From the NCBI RefSeq assembly GCF_040938485.1, contig NW_027270987.1:2232001-2296000 (forward strand): a stretch of 64,000 nt of DNA, read 5' to 3'. Under the pieces are notes generated by a model that was not told where the DNA came from, searched no databases, and worked only from the letters and a program-made list of their open reading frames with translations. Made by a program: the position numbers and the translations under genes. This stretch comes from Diadema antillarum (taxonomy: Eukaryota). Below, piece after piece: positions 50,141-63,364 of this stretch; positions within the stretch are counted from its first letter, which is position 1; every line of letters starts with the position of its first letter.

Positions 50141-50835
50141 GATCATGAACTAAAAAGCATTTCTTTTTCTTTTTCATTTTTTTAATAGCACGATTTAATA
50201 ACACCTGTATTATCGAAGGCTATGTCACGCATTCTGCATCTGTTTTCTTGAACTCAAGTCATGACTCCTTCCACACCCCACCCCATTCCTTGCTGAGAGA
50301 AGGCAACCTTATAAAGGGCTTTGTAGGTTTTAGTTTTATCCACAATGTTTGATGTGTTGTTGTGATTTCATACATATTATACGTTTCTCTGCCTATACAC
50401 AGTTACTTTTTTCCGTACCTTGTAAATAATGGTTTTGAGGAAATTGCATCTTTTGAGCTCTGCATTTTAGTTTCCCCTCCATTTTCAACATTATCTAGCT
50501 TTCTCAACTTATTGTGTTTATATTATATTTTGATGTATGCAGACTATGTATATTGCTTCTTTTCATATGTATTGTATACCGATATTCTTCGCTGAAAATG
50601 AAATGAAATTAAAAAAAGACAGCATGTTATCAGTATTTGTTTCCTGGCAAGGTGTATTTCTCAGCAAACTCAGATAATAGTCAATTTTTATCTAATTTAA
50701 ATTCCAAACAGGGTGCACATTTTGAACTGCCACAAAGATTACTCCACTAGGTGCTGCCAACTGAGAAATCCCATTGGCATCTTACACAGGGCACTTGGCA
50801 GTGTGAGTATAAGAATTAAACAACACAGTTCCAAC

Positions 50836-51005
50836 CTCAGATCCAGATCCGCTGTACTTGGAAAAGGCAAAGTATTTGCGGTTGTTGAGGACCACTTCAA
50901 ACCCCTGGTTATAGATGAGGGTCCAGAAACCTTTGGTACCGTACGTGGCATCGACAGCGACGTCAGGAAACATGAGCTCAACTGTGACTGTGTCAGTCAC
51001 TGGAC
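50836..51005 (-). CDS. CTSC: Cathepsin C exon 2 (exclusion domain)
   Basis: 170 nt; acceptor ttttctgacag|, donor GAG|gttgga. G..GFWTLIYNQGFEVVLNNRKYFAFSKY signature. Confidence 0.93.
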
Positions 51006-53159
51006 CTGTCAGAAAATACACGATGGGAAAATGACTTCTAATACTGCAAGAGTGTGTGAGTATAAACATTGTAAGGGTGGAGAAGGCTGGGCAGCCATGT
51101 CCTCTAACAGGGTATTCTATAAAAAGTCATGCTTTGGGCTGCTGTGGCATCTAAATAATTTGGAGGAATGGGATCATAGCTCAGGCTTCAGTCAATCACA
51201 AGGCAATATTGTATGTACGCCTTTGTAAGTGCAATGCAATGTAACTCAAACAACCCTAATTCTTATTGCACTGCAATTCTGAGTATAATTATCATTGTCA
51301 TTAAATAATAGTAGAAGTACACATTTGTAGTAACTATGACTAAGTTTACTATATAAACATTGTGCCTGTCTACAACTAACCCTCCTAAGATCTCAGCCAT
51401 CGATCGCACAATCGCCATCGGTGAAAATTAGCACATATGTTACCTGTGACTTAATCTATCAGAACCAGAGTTTTGAAAAAAAGAATTTACATTTTCATTT
51501 TCCAAATTTTATAACTATTAATAATGCTACTATATGCATGAAATCATATGTTTTGCTCTAGATCAAAAAATAAAGCTCTTAGAATTCTAATTTTTAGTGT
51601 AAACATTCTTGAAATAGCAAATACGTATATCTGGTATCAAAATTAATTTCTCATGTATTCCTTTGTTTTCGACCTTTTGTTTTTGTTACTTTCTTTGCAA
51701 AATTTATCACAGAACTTTTTCAAGCATAATTATGCTAAAATAAAATGAACTGATTTCAGCCAGTGGAAGTGAAAATAATCATACCTTTTTGAGAAAGGTG
51801 AGAAAAATCCAACTGCATTGACCTTGTGCAAAAAAAAAAAAAAAAAATCCTGTTTTTGAGCCATTTTCAGTCTGACGAGCATGTATAAAAGGTTGTGCAG
51901 CATCATAACAGTATGCCTGATTTTTGCAAAAATTGGTGTTATGAGATGTGCGAGACTAGAAAATAAAAAGTCAGTGAGCAGTGTGGTCAATTACATTGTA
52001 CATGTATTTTGTGCAGAGGAATGGTCATGGAAAATGTCAAGGGGGCGTGATTCAAGCCCCTGGCCATTTTAGGGTTAAAGAAGTAACACAGAATTCACTT
52101 TGAATCAAACAACAGAACAATTTTGTGGGCAATAACTGAGCAAAATTTGGAAATCAGACAAACACTAAAGATGTCACGAATATTTGTGTCAATACAGCCA
52201 TAATCTCAAAATACTGTAGCCCATGCAATCAATATCATTCACATGTACATCTTGTACATTGCAAAGAAGTCATTTACTTATTTCTGCATGTATTATGCTC
52301 ATGATTTTGAAGAATTTGCATGCATATTATGTCAAATGTGATTTCCATGGATATGTATACTGTATGTCAAATGTGTATGAAGATTAGATCTTTATACTCA
52401 GTGTAACATCATGTAAATCAAGAAATGTATTATAAACCTCGCATTGCAACATCAACCACATACTCTTTTTTCTGTTTGGCTGCAATACAGTTTAACATAT
52501 TTTTGAGATTGAGCAACTGGCTTGCTGTATTCTGACGAATCTAATTGTAAAATTTCTTAATTTCCATTGCAGCCTACAGTACAAATACATTTTACTTTGA
52601 TACCTACTTTGCAGTTGTATTAGTCTAGAGAAGTTGTAGTACATTTAAGCAAGTACATTTTTATGTATATAATTGTCCAAAAATGACATTAAAACTGCAA
52701 TGTAGTAGTAAGGTATTCCTGAGACAAGACCCATGAATATCATTGAGGGGGTCACAGGGCTGTCAAACTCGGTGAACTCTACAGACCAAAACTTGTCAGG
52801 TGCTCTGGTCAGGTCATGGCATTGGCGATAATCACCATGGGTTAGTGATTACCAACCTCAGATTGGCAACAATAAAAGGAATAGCATATTTACTGAGATT
52901 CAAATGGTAGTTATATAGTGTTTGATTTCATTTTATTTTGAAATTTCCATCTGTATTTTGTCTTCAGCTCTGGGCTCAGCTTTTTGTTTTCCTGCTCCTT
53001 TACTATAGTTATCTTCATTTTTTTCAAAGCCATTTTTGCTCTTCCTTTTCTCACATTTTTTCGCTCTGCAATCTAAATGGATATGATACACGTAAGCCTG
53101 CCTAGCAACCAGAAAATTGTGGTGTGGAAAATCCCATCCCCGCCCACCCAAGGATGTAC

Positions 53160-53322
53160 ACTGTACACTTGACCGAAAGATCGGTCTGTATCTGTCCGTC
53201 GGGGAATGTTCCGCGGAGACTGCGTCTGGCTTCATGGATCCCCTCTGTCTACGGAGGACAGCGTTAATGGCAAAATATAAAAGAATCCTCCGGACAGACG
53301 GATCTTTCTGTCTAACTGTACA
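53160..53322. mobile_element. Probable MITE
   Basis: Imperfect inverted ends tgtacacttgaccgaaagatcggtctgt / acagacggatctttctgtctaactgtaca. Confidence 0.45.
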
Positions 53323-53880
53323 CCTGCTATATAAAGTTACCAATGATTTTTATTGTGTAATTTAATTACTCTAATTACTGAATAATTGGTGTTTATTTGC
53401 ATCGATGAAAGACAATTGTCAATCAGCAGCAACTCTTCCCTTGCGGCAAATTCCTGCTTTAGATCTAACATGTTGTTAGACTCTACAAATGTATACCGGT
53501 ACTAAATTACCGATTGGGGGCCATGAGGTGCCACATGAATCCAGCCACTTCCTCAGAGCTTATCCATCCATAATGATCCAAGATGTCAACATTTCCCTTT
53601 CCCTACTTTCATTGTCATATATATAGATCCCTAATTATACAGTAGAATAGCTTTATTTGAATTTAATTTCATTTCATTTTCACTGTAATTTTGATCTCCT
53701 CTGAACATGGCATTTAAACCTTATGGTATGCCTTGAAAATAATTTCGTTGACAACAGCAGCGGAATGCTAACCATCAGGGTAACATGATTATGCGGTGAT
53801 CAGATTACTGTATGAGTGTTCAGTGTTGACATAGTTTACAGTAGACCGTCTGGTCTACACTGGTCTAGTGCCCCACCAAC

Positions 53881-54037
53881 CTGGATTTGTACAATCAAGC
53901 GTGTTGTCCCCGCCATATCCACTGATCTCAAATGTCCACAAACCAGCAATGTCTTCATAGGTACAGTTAGCCGGGGTGTCAGCTGCTGCGAAAGATAAAG
54001 TAATGGCGATTAGGATGACTGCCCGAACATCCATCAT
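53881..54037 (-). CDS. CTSC: Cathepsin C exon 1 (signal peptide and start of the exclusion domain)
   Basis: MMDVRAVILIAITLSFAAA|DTPANCTYEDIAGLWTF, with the conserved N-terminal Asp; donor G|gttggt. Exons 1-4 plus 5 and 6 total 1383 nt = 460 aa for either cassette. Confidence 0.93.
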
Positions 54038-54726
54038 TATACGCTACTTCAGCTGACGTCTTTCGTTGAAATCCTGGGAGGCAGACAGTGTTCTTTTGCA
54101 ATGTGTTGTCGCTTCACTCAGCTCAGCGAATGTAATGTCAGCTTCAATCCCGCGAAACACCGTGAGCTAGCTACATGCTGTATGTTGGAGGAAAGTGTAA
54201 AGCCGTGTGGTGTAAAGTCACAAGACAAAGAGTCAGGTGACTCAGTCATATGACTTTTACGGGGGTGGTACAACTAGACTTTAAACGGAGTCAATAAAGA
54301 CGCACTTTTTTGACAGGAAACAAAAAGAAGCATTTTTTAACAGCTAGCAATATTTTTTTTCCCATCAATTATATCTTATTTAGATTTTTTAATATGATTC
54401 TTTCAAATCAAGACTATAGTGATATTTTACTACTTCAGCTGTAACACAATATTACCGAAGAGACAATAGGGTCATGAGATCATTTTGGGTTGATCATTTA
54501 TTGTACATTGTATACACACATAACAGTAACCCGTTGCGTGGAACATAGTCGCAGTGTGAAGAAAGGCAGTTCGGATACGGATATCGGCTCGGCGTTTCTT
54601 ATGTATGGTACAAGACATCGATTTACAAGACACAGTGTATACACTCCTTAGTCAAACGCTTGTTTGACTGCTAGTCGACAGGATTTGCAATTTATCACCC
54701 ACTTGACTATCTTTTCATCAGTCAAG
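54038..54726. promoter_or_regulatory. Candidate bidirectional promoter CTSC/ARL8 with CLEAR/E-box-like and AP-1 motifs
   Basis: The ATGs diverge 689 bp apart. GTCAGGTGAC (54232-54241), TGACTCA (54238-54244) and GTCATATGAC (54245-54254) form one cluster. Confidence 0.65.
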
Positions 54727-54849
54727 ATGTTAGCAGCCATCAACAGATTTCTTGACTGGCTTAAAAGCCTTTTCTGGAAGGAAGAAATGGAGCTTACATT
54801 GGTTGGGCTGCAATACTCGGGGAAAACAACGTTTGTCAATGTGATTTCG
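54727..54849 (+). CDS. ARL8: ARL8 exon 1
   Basis: [41 protein letters not shown] (P-loop); donor |gtaggt. Confidence 0.95.
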
Positions 54850-56773
54850 GTAGGTGTTAGCTATCTGCATCTCTACTGCATACTGCAATGCAAGTGCATG
54901 TGTACTAATGCGTATGAATAAATTTTACACGTATGACTACAACAGTAAACTTTATTCTTTCAGTATCAACTGCATGCTGCATGCTGCATAGCCTAATTAA
55001 ACATGAAATCGATTCTAGTGTCAATAAAATTTCCTCACTGTCCCCATTCGATGATGCTCTTGTTTATCAATTTTCTTGATTATGATCATGCCAAGAAATG
55101 TGTCACTGTTTACCACTGTTAGACCCCCTCTACCATTGAAAATACCATGTCTACGTAACGTGAGACCCTAAATTTACATTTGCCCAGATGTAATTTATTA
55201 TAGGCTAGTATAGCTGATCCAAGAGGCTGGTGTAAGTAATTACAGTAAAAATTTAAGTCTGTAAAGTTGGAAGACTAGTAACTAACTAGTAACTAACCGC
55301 TAGTAACTGCGGCAGTAAGCGGCCGTGCAACATACGGCATCGGTAATATACCATTAAACACAGCATTGCACTGTTAGTGTTACATGCACACTACACACAC
55401 ACTAACACACTACCAATCAACAAAAACCAACCGATAAAATGGGCACGATCTGTAATAAAAGTGAAATTTTCTCACCTAAAGGCTAAATGACAACATATCA
55501 CATCCAAAAAAAAACAATTTCGGTACTTCTTAACATAACAATTAAGAAATAATGCTCCGAGAAACTTGATTTTTTGTCGTTTACTCGATGTTCATGGATT
55601 TTATGACAGATATATGGCGCCATACAAATGCTGTGGATCATCATCATCATCATCATTTTGAAAACATATCCTCACATAAAATAGGACTTTCGCGAGCCGA
55701 TGTGGGCCGCCATTTTTGTTCGGAAAGTGAATGTTACCATCGAAAAAATTGAGAAAAACACGAGAAAGTCATCAACAACACCGCCAGAATTGCGATCTTG
55801 TTTGCTGCCAATGCATGCACGCTCGCTATTTTCACATGCTTTCGCAACAGGCAATGTTCGTGAGACATGTGAATGCGTTCAGCTAGAGATCGCGGAGCAC
55901 GCGCGTATTACATAGGGATTGTACATCGTGCCGCAAGCAGAACCACTACGTCGCATACTGCCCTTATTGGCAAAAATTGTGCTAGGTTTTGCCCTGGTAA
56001 ATCATGAAAACTGCGTTTGTCAGTGGTAAATTTATTTTATGAAAAACATTGCGTTAATGAATAATCTTGTCTATGATATATGAAATGGTTGAAAATAATT
56101 TGCCTGATTTGTTTACAAGTTGGAAAAACCCTTAATAATTTTTAAACTGCCGCAAACTGGATATTTTACTCTACACGATGCCTTCTGTTTGTGTCAAAGA
56201 AAAAAAAAAGAGGCACATTGCACTGCTTTCTATTTATTTGGCATTGATAGGCCATTGGGCATTGTCACATGCTTGTTAAAAGATCCTCCCTGACCCTAAC
56301 CCCGGGGCACTCCTTGTACACAGTCAGTTAGGACGCTTCGCATTCGGACTGGTCACAGTTGAGTTACCCTGACCCTTGAACCCTGTCTTGTATATCTAGA
56401 GACTATAAAGCAAAAATGCCAAGGTTCGACTTCCTGTGCCAAAATTTAACCAAAGGTTTTACATGTAGCAGCCGGTCGAATTTTGTAAGGCGTTATGGTC
56501 AAATCATGGGCAGCTTGCTTTACAGTACATCTTACAAGAATACTTGCATTGCTTAGATTTTCTAGTACCAAAGGTAATCATAATTCTAGTGATCATGGCC
56601 AATAATTAATAATGTAGAAAATAAAATCACTGGAATGCATTTGAACATATTATTTTATTCTTACAGTGTCTTAGAACATCCAAAATGAATGCGTGCTGAC
56701 ATGCTCAGCAGGGTAGGCCTCGTGTATCCATATTTCTGACCTACACTGTATTTCAGTCCATGGACTCAATTTC

Positions 56774-56872
56774 GTAACCCATTGAGAACGAGTCTCGAGT
56801 ATACATGTACTTTGGCAAGCGTCTATGGGAAATGCATGTTGTAGCAAAATCAGCCCGTCCTCAATGGGTTAA
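56774..56872. mobile_element. piggyBac-like MITE (same family as 44713-44898)
   Basis: gtaa|cccattgagaac..gtctatgggaaatgcatgttgtagcaaaatcagcccgtcctcaatggg|ttaa. Confidence 0.7.
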
Positions 56873-57363
56873 GCCAAGGTTTTTTATTTAAATTCCCTTG
56901 TGTATTTGGGCCTTCATGCAGCATGAGCACATGTGGTGAACATACAGCATAGTTATACATTTTGTTTATTTCTCGGAATGAGTCTGTTCATTGAGTTGGC
57001 AGATGGCAGTTTTGCAGAGTATTAAAATCAACATGCAGGTATTATTACTTTATTGATAAGCATTGATTGTGTCAACTGTTTATGGCTGATGGAATATCTT
57101 AATTTACATGTATATCACTTTCTTTTAAGGGTTTCTTGAAAAAAAAATCATGTGTTGCTTGAATTTCAGTTTTAATATTTGTTGATTTTTGTTTTCTTTG
57201 ATGTATGATTTGGTTGGTTGTTTGTGTGTTTTTTATTTATTTTTTGTTTTGTTTTTGCTGTGATTGGTCATGTTGAATAAATGGATGAAATTACAGAGAA
57301 TTTTTATCATGCCTTATGACTTAATGTTCTCCTACTTCCCATCCCATCCCATCCCATTTGCAG

Positions 57364-57444
57364 TCAGGACAATTTAGCGAAGACATGATACCCACAGTAG
57401 GCTTCAACATGAGGAAAGTCACGAAAGGAAATGTCACAATAAAG
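57364..57444 (+). CDS. ARL8: ARL8 exon 2
   Basis: [27 protein letters not shown]; ttgcag| and |gtaagt. Confidence 0.95.
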
Positions 57445-58685
57445 GTAAGTTGTACACTTGTATGCAGTTTGGTGGAGGAGATTCATCTCATACAGTAGTG
57501 CATGATGCTGGGTTAACTTCACATCCAGGGTTTATTTCTTGTTTAATAACACTATATGTGCCATCATGCACACACACACAAATTATCATATACAGTATAT
57601 CACATCTGAGTTACTACAACCAAATACTGGAGAGAAAGAGAGAGAGATATAAGAAGCTTTTTACAATTTCATATTTAAATCTGAAGTGCATTGTTGGAAA
57701 TTCAATGAACACCATTCTGCCAGCCAATATAGATCTTCTTCAGTGTAATTATGACTTCAGTTGTGCTTCTGTCAGTCTGGAAAAATGCCTAGGAGAGAAA
57801 TTTAAGTTTCAGTGACAGCAGTTCGAAAGCAGTGTTTGTATTAATGGTCATTTTTAAGAATCTGTACAATGAATACTGCATACAAGTACATGTACTTGTA
57901 CAATTGTATATAGGCCTATGGTAGAAGGAAAGTACCGGGATGGAGTATTTGTCATACCCAATCAATGTGTAGATAGACAAGTCTTTATTTTAAAATTTTT
58001 TGCCTTAATTGTTGAATGTGTTCTGTGAAAGCAAAATTTTTCAGACATTTAATACTCTTGCACTCATCATGGTTAGATGACATTTTTTTGTTTTTCGTTT
58101 CAGTTTCACTGACTTTGGATGCCTTAGTACTACTGATAATTTATCTCAAAATCATGTAGCTTGAATAATGTTAGCAAAATGAGTGTGAAGAGTACAAAAT
58201 GTGCAGTAACTTCCTCACCTCAAAAATATTCCATGATATCAGTAATCTATTGTATGACTTGTATAGAAGTTGGCCTGAATGAATAGAGTCAATCAAATGG
58301 TGTAAATATGAACAATATTGGACAAATTTTCAAAAAAAAATGTCTGTATCTAAATGTTACTGTATAATCAGTGTTTACTCTCCTTCAATTCAATTCAATT
58401 CAATTCAATTTTATTGTCCATTTCTGGAAATTTCAGACTTTTGATGAGCTGTTGCCATCAATTTTAGTGAAAACTCATGCTTTTTTTGTATTTTTTCTTC
58501 TTTTCTGGATTTTTTTCTTCTTCTTCTTTTCTGGTATTTCTCTTGCCTGCAAGAAAGCAAACAAGTACAGTAATTTTTGATTGAGAGACAAAGCAATTTG
58601 AAAATGGACAAATTGTCCACTACCATCTCGTAGCTTGTTGGTCTTGTTGTTGAGAGCGATATTGTCCATGTCTTGTTCATTGCAG

Positions 58686-58759
58686 CTCTGGGATATCGGA
58701 GGACAACCAAGATTCAGGAGTATGTGGGAAAGATACTGCAGGGGGGTCAACTGTATTGT
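58686..58759 (+). CDS. ARL8: ARL8 exon 3
   Basis: [25 protein letters not shown]; ttgcag| and |gtaagt. Confidence 0.95.
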
Positions 58760-59938
58760 GTAAGTATGAATGCCTTTGACTGTACATAATGCAAATGGAT
58801 TTAGTTTTTACCGTTTATGTTTAAAACACAGTTCGAGTGTAGCTCAATCAATGGTTTTGTTAGTTGAACTATTCTATTTTCAACTTTATGTTCAACTTAT
58901 CTTCCGGATACTGCTACCTCTTGGAAGATTCTCTATTGCTTTGGTTAATCATTATTCACATTCTTTCACAGATTTTGAAACTATCCAAGAGATTGCTGTT
59001 ATCTAGCAATGAGTTTAGCTTTAATAGAATGTTTACCTTGAAAGATTTTTGATGCTCAACTATTTGTGTTCACATGAAAAAGGCACCCTAAACTTGTGAA
59101 CAGTTTTTTCTTTTTGTGTGTTTGTTTTTTTGGGAGGGGGGATAAAGTGACTGTAAGACTGACACAAATTTGATTCATCACTTTACAACGTGCAAATCTC
59201 ATTTGATAGGGAATCCTTATTATGAAATAGCTGGAAAAAAAATGTTTTGTCCTCTTCTTGTGATAGAGACTTTTGACCCATTCACAGTACACTAGTGAAC
59301 AACTTCATTATGAGCATAAATTTGATCCATCACTGTAGAACCTTCACAGTGTAGTTCTACATGTCATCAGTTGTCAGTAGTCATTTGAATTTACTACCTG
59401 TCAATCATCATTTTCTTTGCATTGGAGAAAATGGAATCTCCCATCTCATCAAGTCAATTGCTTTACATTCATTCTTATCCATTCATTGTTTTAGATAACT
59501 GTCGTGGTAATAACGATAATGATCATAATAATGATAGTAATAATCAGAATAAAAATAATGGTAGTAGAAATACAACTACTACTTCTAATAAATGATTATA
59601 ATAGTGAAAATTCTGATTAAAATGCATGTGATAATGAGGATTGTTATAATTTGGTAACAATAAGCTATATTGGTTTGGTTTTATATTCCACAGATACAAA
59701 GATGTACATGTACCTTCTTCCATTGCTTTTATAGAGGGCCCTGACGATTTTAGAAATCAGAAGTCCTTTTTATAGGAGCAGCTCCTTGAATGATTTTAAC
59801 AATACTGCCTGGGATGTTGTGTACATGTTGCATACATGTATACATTGTAAGTTGTATCTGTTTCAAATTTTTGTGCATACAGGAATAATATTCTCATCAA
59901 AACATTTCTCATCTCATTCACTGTGATCCATTCCATAG

Positions 59939-60032
59939 GTACATGGTAGATGCAGCCGATCACGAAAAGTTAGAAGCATCACGGAATGAGCTGCACAATC
60001 TTCTCGACAAACCACAATTGCAAGGAATTCCA
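59939..60032 (+). CDS. ARL8: ARL8 exon 4
   Basis: [31 protein letters not shown]; ccatag| and |gtaagt. Confidence 0.95.
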
Positions 60033-61799
60033 GTAAGTTGATTCAGGTCTCTTCGTACTACAAACGGACACTCCATTATGAAGGGAAGTTCAAGTGCGTA
60101 CAGTTCGTCCATCTCGTGTGACTGATTGAAATTCTTCATACCATGACGCCTTAGTGTATTTGTTCGATAGAGTTCATAATTGTGCATAAATTGTGATTTC
60201 ATTATCAAGTATACCCTTAGCAGAGATAGGTACAGTGCTATTGTTTGATCGGGAAAATGTCAGCAAAGTGCCTGGGTGCTCTGAAATAAACAGATGGAGA
60301 GTCACCTCAGTTTAGCATCAATCGTCCGTCTTACGAATGCAGAAACATGATATTATGCTGGAGATTATTTCTGTGCAAAGAATATCAATGTGCTGTGTAT
60401 ATAATATAAAAGAAGATTTTGGTATAGACTCAAGTTTGACGAAATGACAGCACCACCAGCAAAGTCGTACCGACATTACTTTCCACAGAGCACATCATCA
60501 CAATTATGAGAGCATGTATATCTTCGTCATACACAGCTTTTCATTTGTGAGCCTGCTTTAGTTGATTTAGCTTTGATACTGGTGAATGGCCAAGTAAGTA
60601 CTACAAAAGTGTCTGCCTTGCTTCATCATTTTGGAAAAACATTGTTTTTCAAACCATGTACAACTGTAACATTTGATAGAAACTTTCATGCTAGAATCAC
60701 AGTACAGCAAAGTTGTGGGGAAAATTTCAAGCTTTGCTGTGTTGTTAATCTTGCAACAAAGCTATGGTATTCTTCCTTGCAAATTGTCAGTATTCAAAAC
60801 ATTATCCCAAAGGTACATGTAATGCAAAATTTTATTCTTGGTCACAAGCACTTATATTTTTAGGCGTACATGTAGCTCTGGGAGACAAGACTTTCTGAAG
60901 TCACAACCACAACAGAAAATTGGAGTTTTCTCGAAAAATCCCAAGAAAACACGGCTATTCCATCACCACACAGCGTGATAGATACATGTACATTGTATGT
61001 ATGTCATAAATGCACAAGGAAATGCGTGTGACACTTTCAATTCACTGTGGCAATTTATTGAACGGTGTGTGTGTGTTTTTGTTAAAGCAAAATATGCAAA
61101 CTTGGCAAGCCATCAACTGAGTCGGGCATACAAAGGTGGCACATGAAGGGTGAAACCATAGGCATTGCCAAGAGGATTGAAAGATCTGCTTTAACTCTCA
61201 GGGGACCAATGATTCAAAATTCCATAGACACAGTACTCAAACAAGTTGCTCATGGTAATGAAAGAGTCAAAGTTAGAACTGATGTGTTGATAACTGGTCA
61301 GAAAGTAGAATACTGATGTAAAGTATCGATCCCCTAGGATATATTCTGAATCCAGTCCTGAATAGTGAGTGATTTGTTGTACAAGTAGCCCTCACATTTG
61401 CCATAAGTTGTCTTCTAACATATCTTTCCATCAAGGTCTATAATGCAACATAGAGACCATCAATGTGGTATTGAATATATCACTGCCTAATTTTTCGAAG
61501 AAATACTACCTATCTTTTGTGGCAGTATCGTTTATTTGATTGTGAATTTTGTGCTCGACATGTGTTGAGAAAAATGTGATGATTGATGCAGAGTTCCTTG
61601 TTAATATGTCTTGACTTCAACTATATCACCAAAATTATATCGGAAATTCGAGTACTATTGGAGAGCGGAAAGAACACACGTTCACACAATGACTTGTGTG
61701 TAGTCAAACTCATATAATGTGGCAATGCACGTGTGCAGCAGCGAGATGTACATCACACTTGTCAACTCTCTCTGCCTGTGAATCTGTTGATATTTGTAG

Positions 61800-61938
61800 G
61801 TACTAGTGCTGGGTAACAAGAGAGACATCCCCACAGCCTATGATGAGAAGGAGCTTATCGAGAGGATGAACCTCTCCGCGATCCAGGACCGGGAGATCTG
61901 CTGCTATTCCATCTCGTGCAAAGAAAAGGAAAACATTG
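61800..61938 (+). CDS. ARL8: ARL8 exon 5 (terminal exon not found in the window)
   Basis: [46 protein letters not shown]; ttgtag| and |gtaaat. Confidence 0.95.
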
Positions 61939-63312
61939 GTAAATTACTTATTGAAACTGAAACTAAAACTGAAATTGACCCCTACAGATAATCTTTGCAC
62001 CCATTTATTTCTCTGTTTCAGATCAAGAGGTGATGTCATAAACCCATAATATGATCATACAGAGAACTTCATGTTGAAAAGACTAAAAGAATTGTTTTTT
62101 TAATGAAAGTACAGACACTATTGATTGAAGTGTGTAGATCTAGAAGAAGGATATAAAGCAAAACTCAAAACGGAAATTCAAAAGCAATAACACTTAATTT
62201 TCAAAAAGATATACATGTAATCATCTTCTTTCCTGGTAATTGCACACACATACACAAAGATATGTTCATTTACAATATGTACATACATTTGCAAATCAAG
62301 GAGTTTGTTCTTACTGGAGAGGCCAATTTTGATAGCTCTGCCATGACATTGGTTAGATGTCCTTTTAAGTTTTTGGAAACTGGCTGTTCTATTTTTCCAT
62401 TGAATGCCCAACAGCTCAATGTCATTCACATGTTTGTCAAGCCCTAGTGTCTGTCTCGGTTTCCTTCATGTGGGCTGTGAACCCCCACCCATCCCTACAA
62501 ATACAGTGGAACCTTGTCATAAAGAGGTCGGATAGAATGAAACCTTCTAACAAGACGACTTTGTAGGTCTTAAAGATGGGCCATCCCTTCTGCATTCCTT
62601 CCCAAATAGCACAGAACATGATATATTCCACCAGAATGACAAGACTATTGTAAAGCTATAACATTTCTGTGATATTTGAAGGTTGTTAGCTGTTAAAATT
62701 CAAATAATGCACCAAATGCTCACCGCAACATATTCTGTGTACAAGGCACAGCTGCGTATACTAATCCTCCTGTGGTTGTAATATGATACTTACACTTCGA
62801 ACAATAGATATGCATGTTAAAGCAGTCAGAAAGGAAGAATTCACTAGCTTCTTTTACTTTGTTATCTATGGCAATTAACAACACACCACTTACATGAACT
62901 ACATAAGTGCATCACACAGGTCTGTAAAACTAGACTAGTAGTTTAGATTTGTAATTTTTTCGTAGTCCGAAAAAATTATTCGAATCTTAATGGTCAATTT
63001 AACTCAACAAATAAAGACCCTCTTGAGTTCAAAATTTACAGGAGGTTTCCAAATACGGTAGTGTTTTCTTCAATACCTAAGTGTTCTCACCAAATTTTCA
63101 AAAATTTCATGCAAAAGGGATGATATGTCTTTAAATCTTCATATTTCTTTGGTTGTTGTACCCTGATATAGCGAGATAATTGTTGCAACTGTGTATTTAG
63201 GCATGTGCAGGACCTTTTTCAATCATTGCCTGACAACACTCTTGAGTGTACTCGTTTACCTGGACTCGTCTGTGTATGCACATTGATACATGTAAAGGTG
63301 AATGTTATCTCA

Positions 63313-63315
<3 letters not shown>

Positions 63316-63361
<46 letters not shown>
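63316..63361. repeat. (CA)n microsatellite
   Basis: Direct read. Confidence 0.95.

Positions 63362-63364
<3 letters not shown>

Noticed and set aside
55290-56170. CpG-rich block in ARL8 intron 1
   Set aside because: It has no meaningful ORF and contains a SINE-type (CAT)n tail and weak inverted ends (gcggcagt / actgccgc). It is probably an unclassified repeat, but the boundaries could not be supported.
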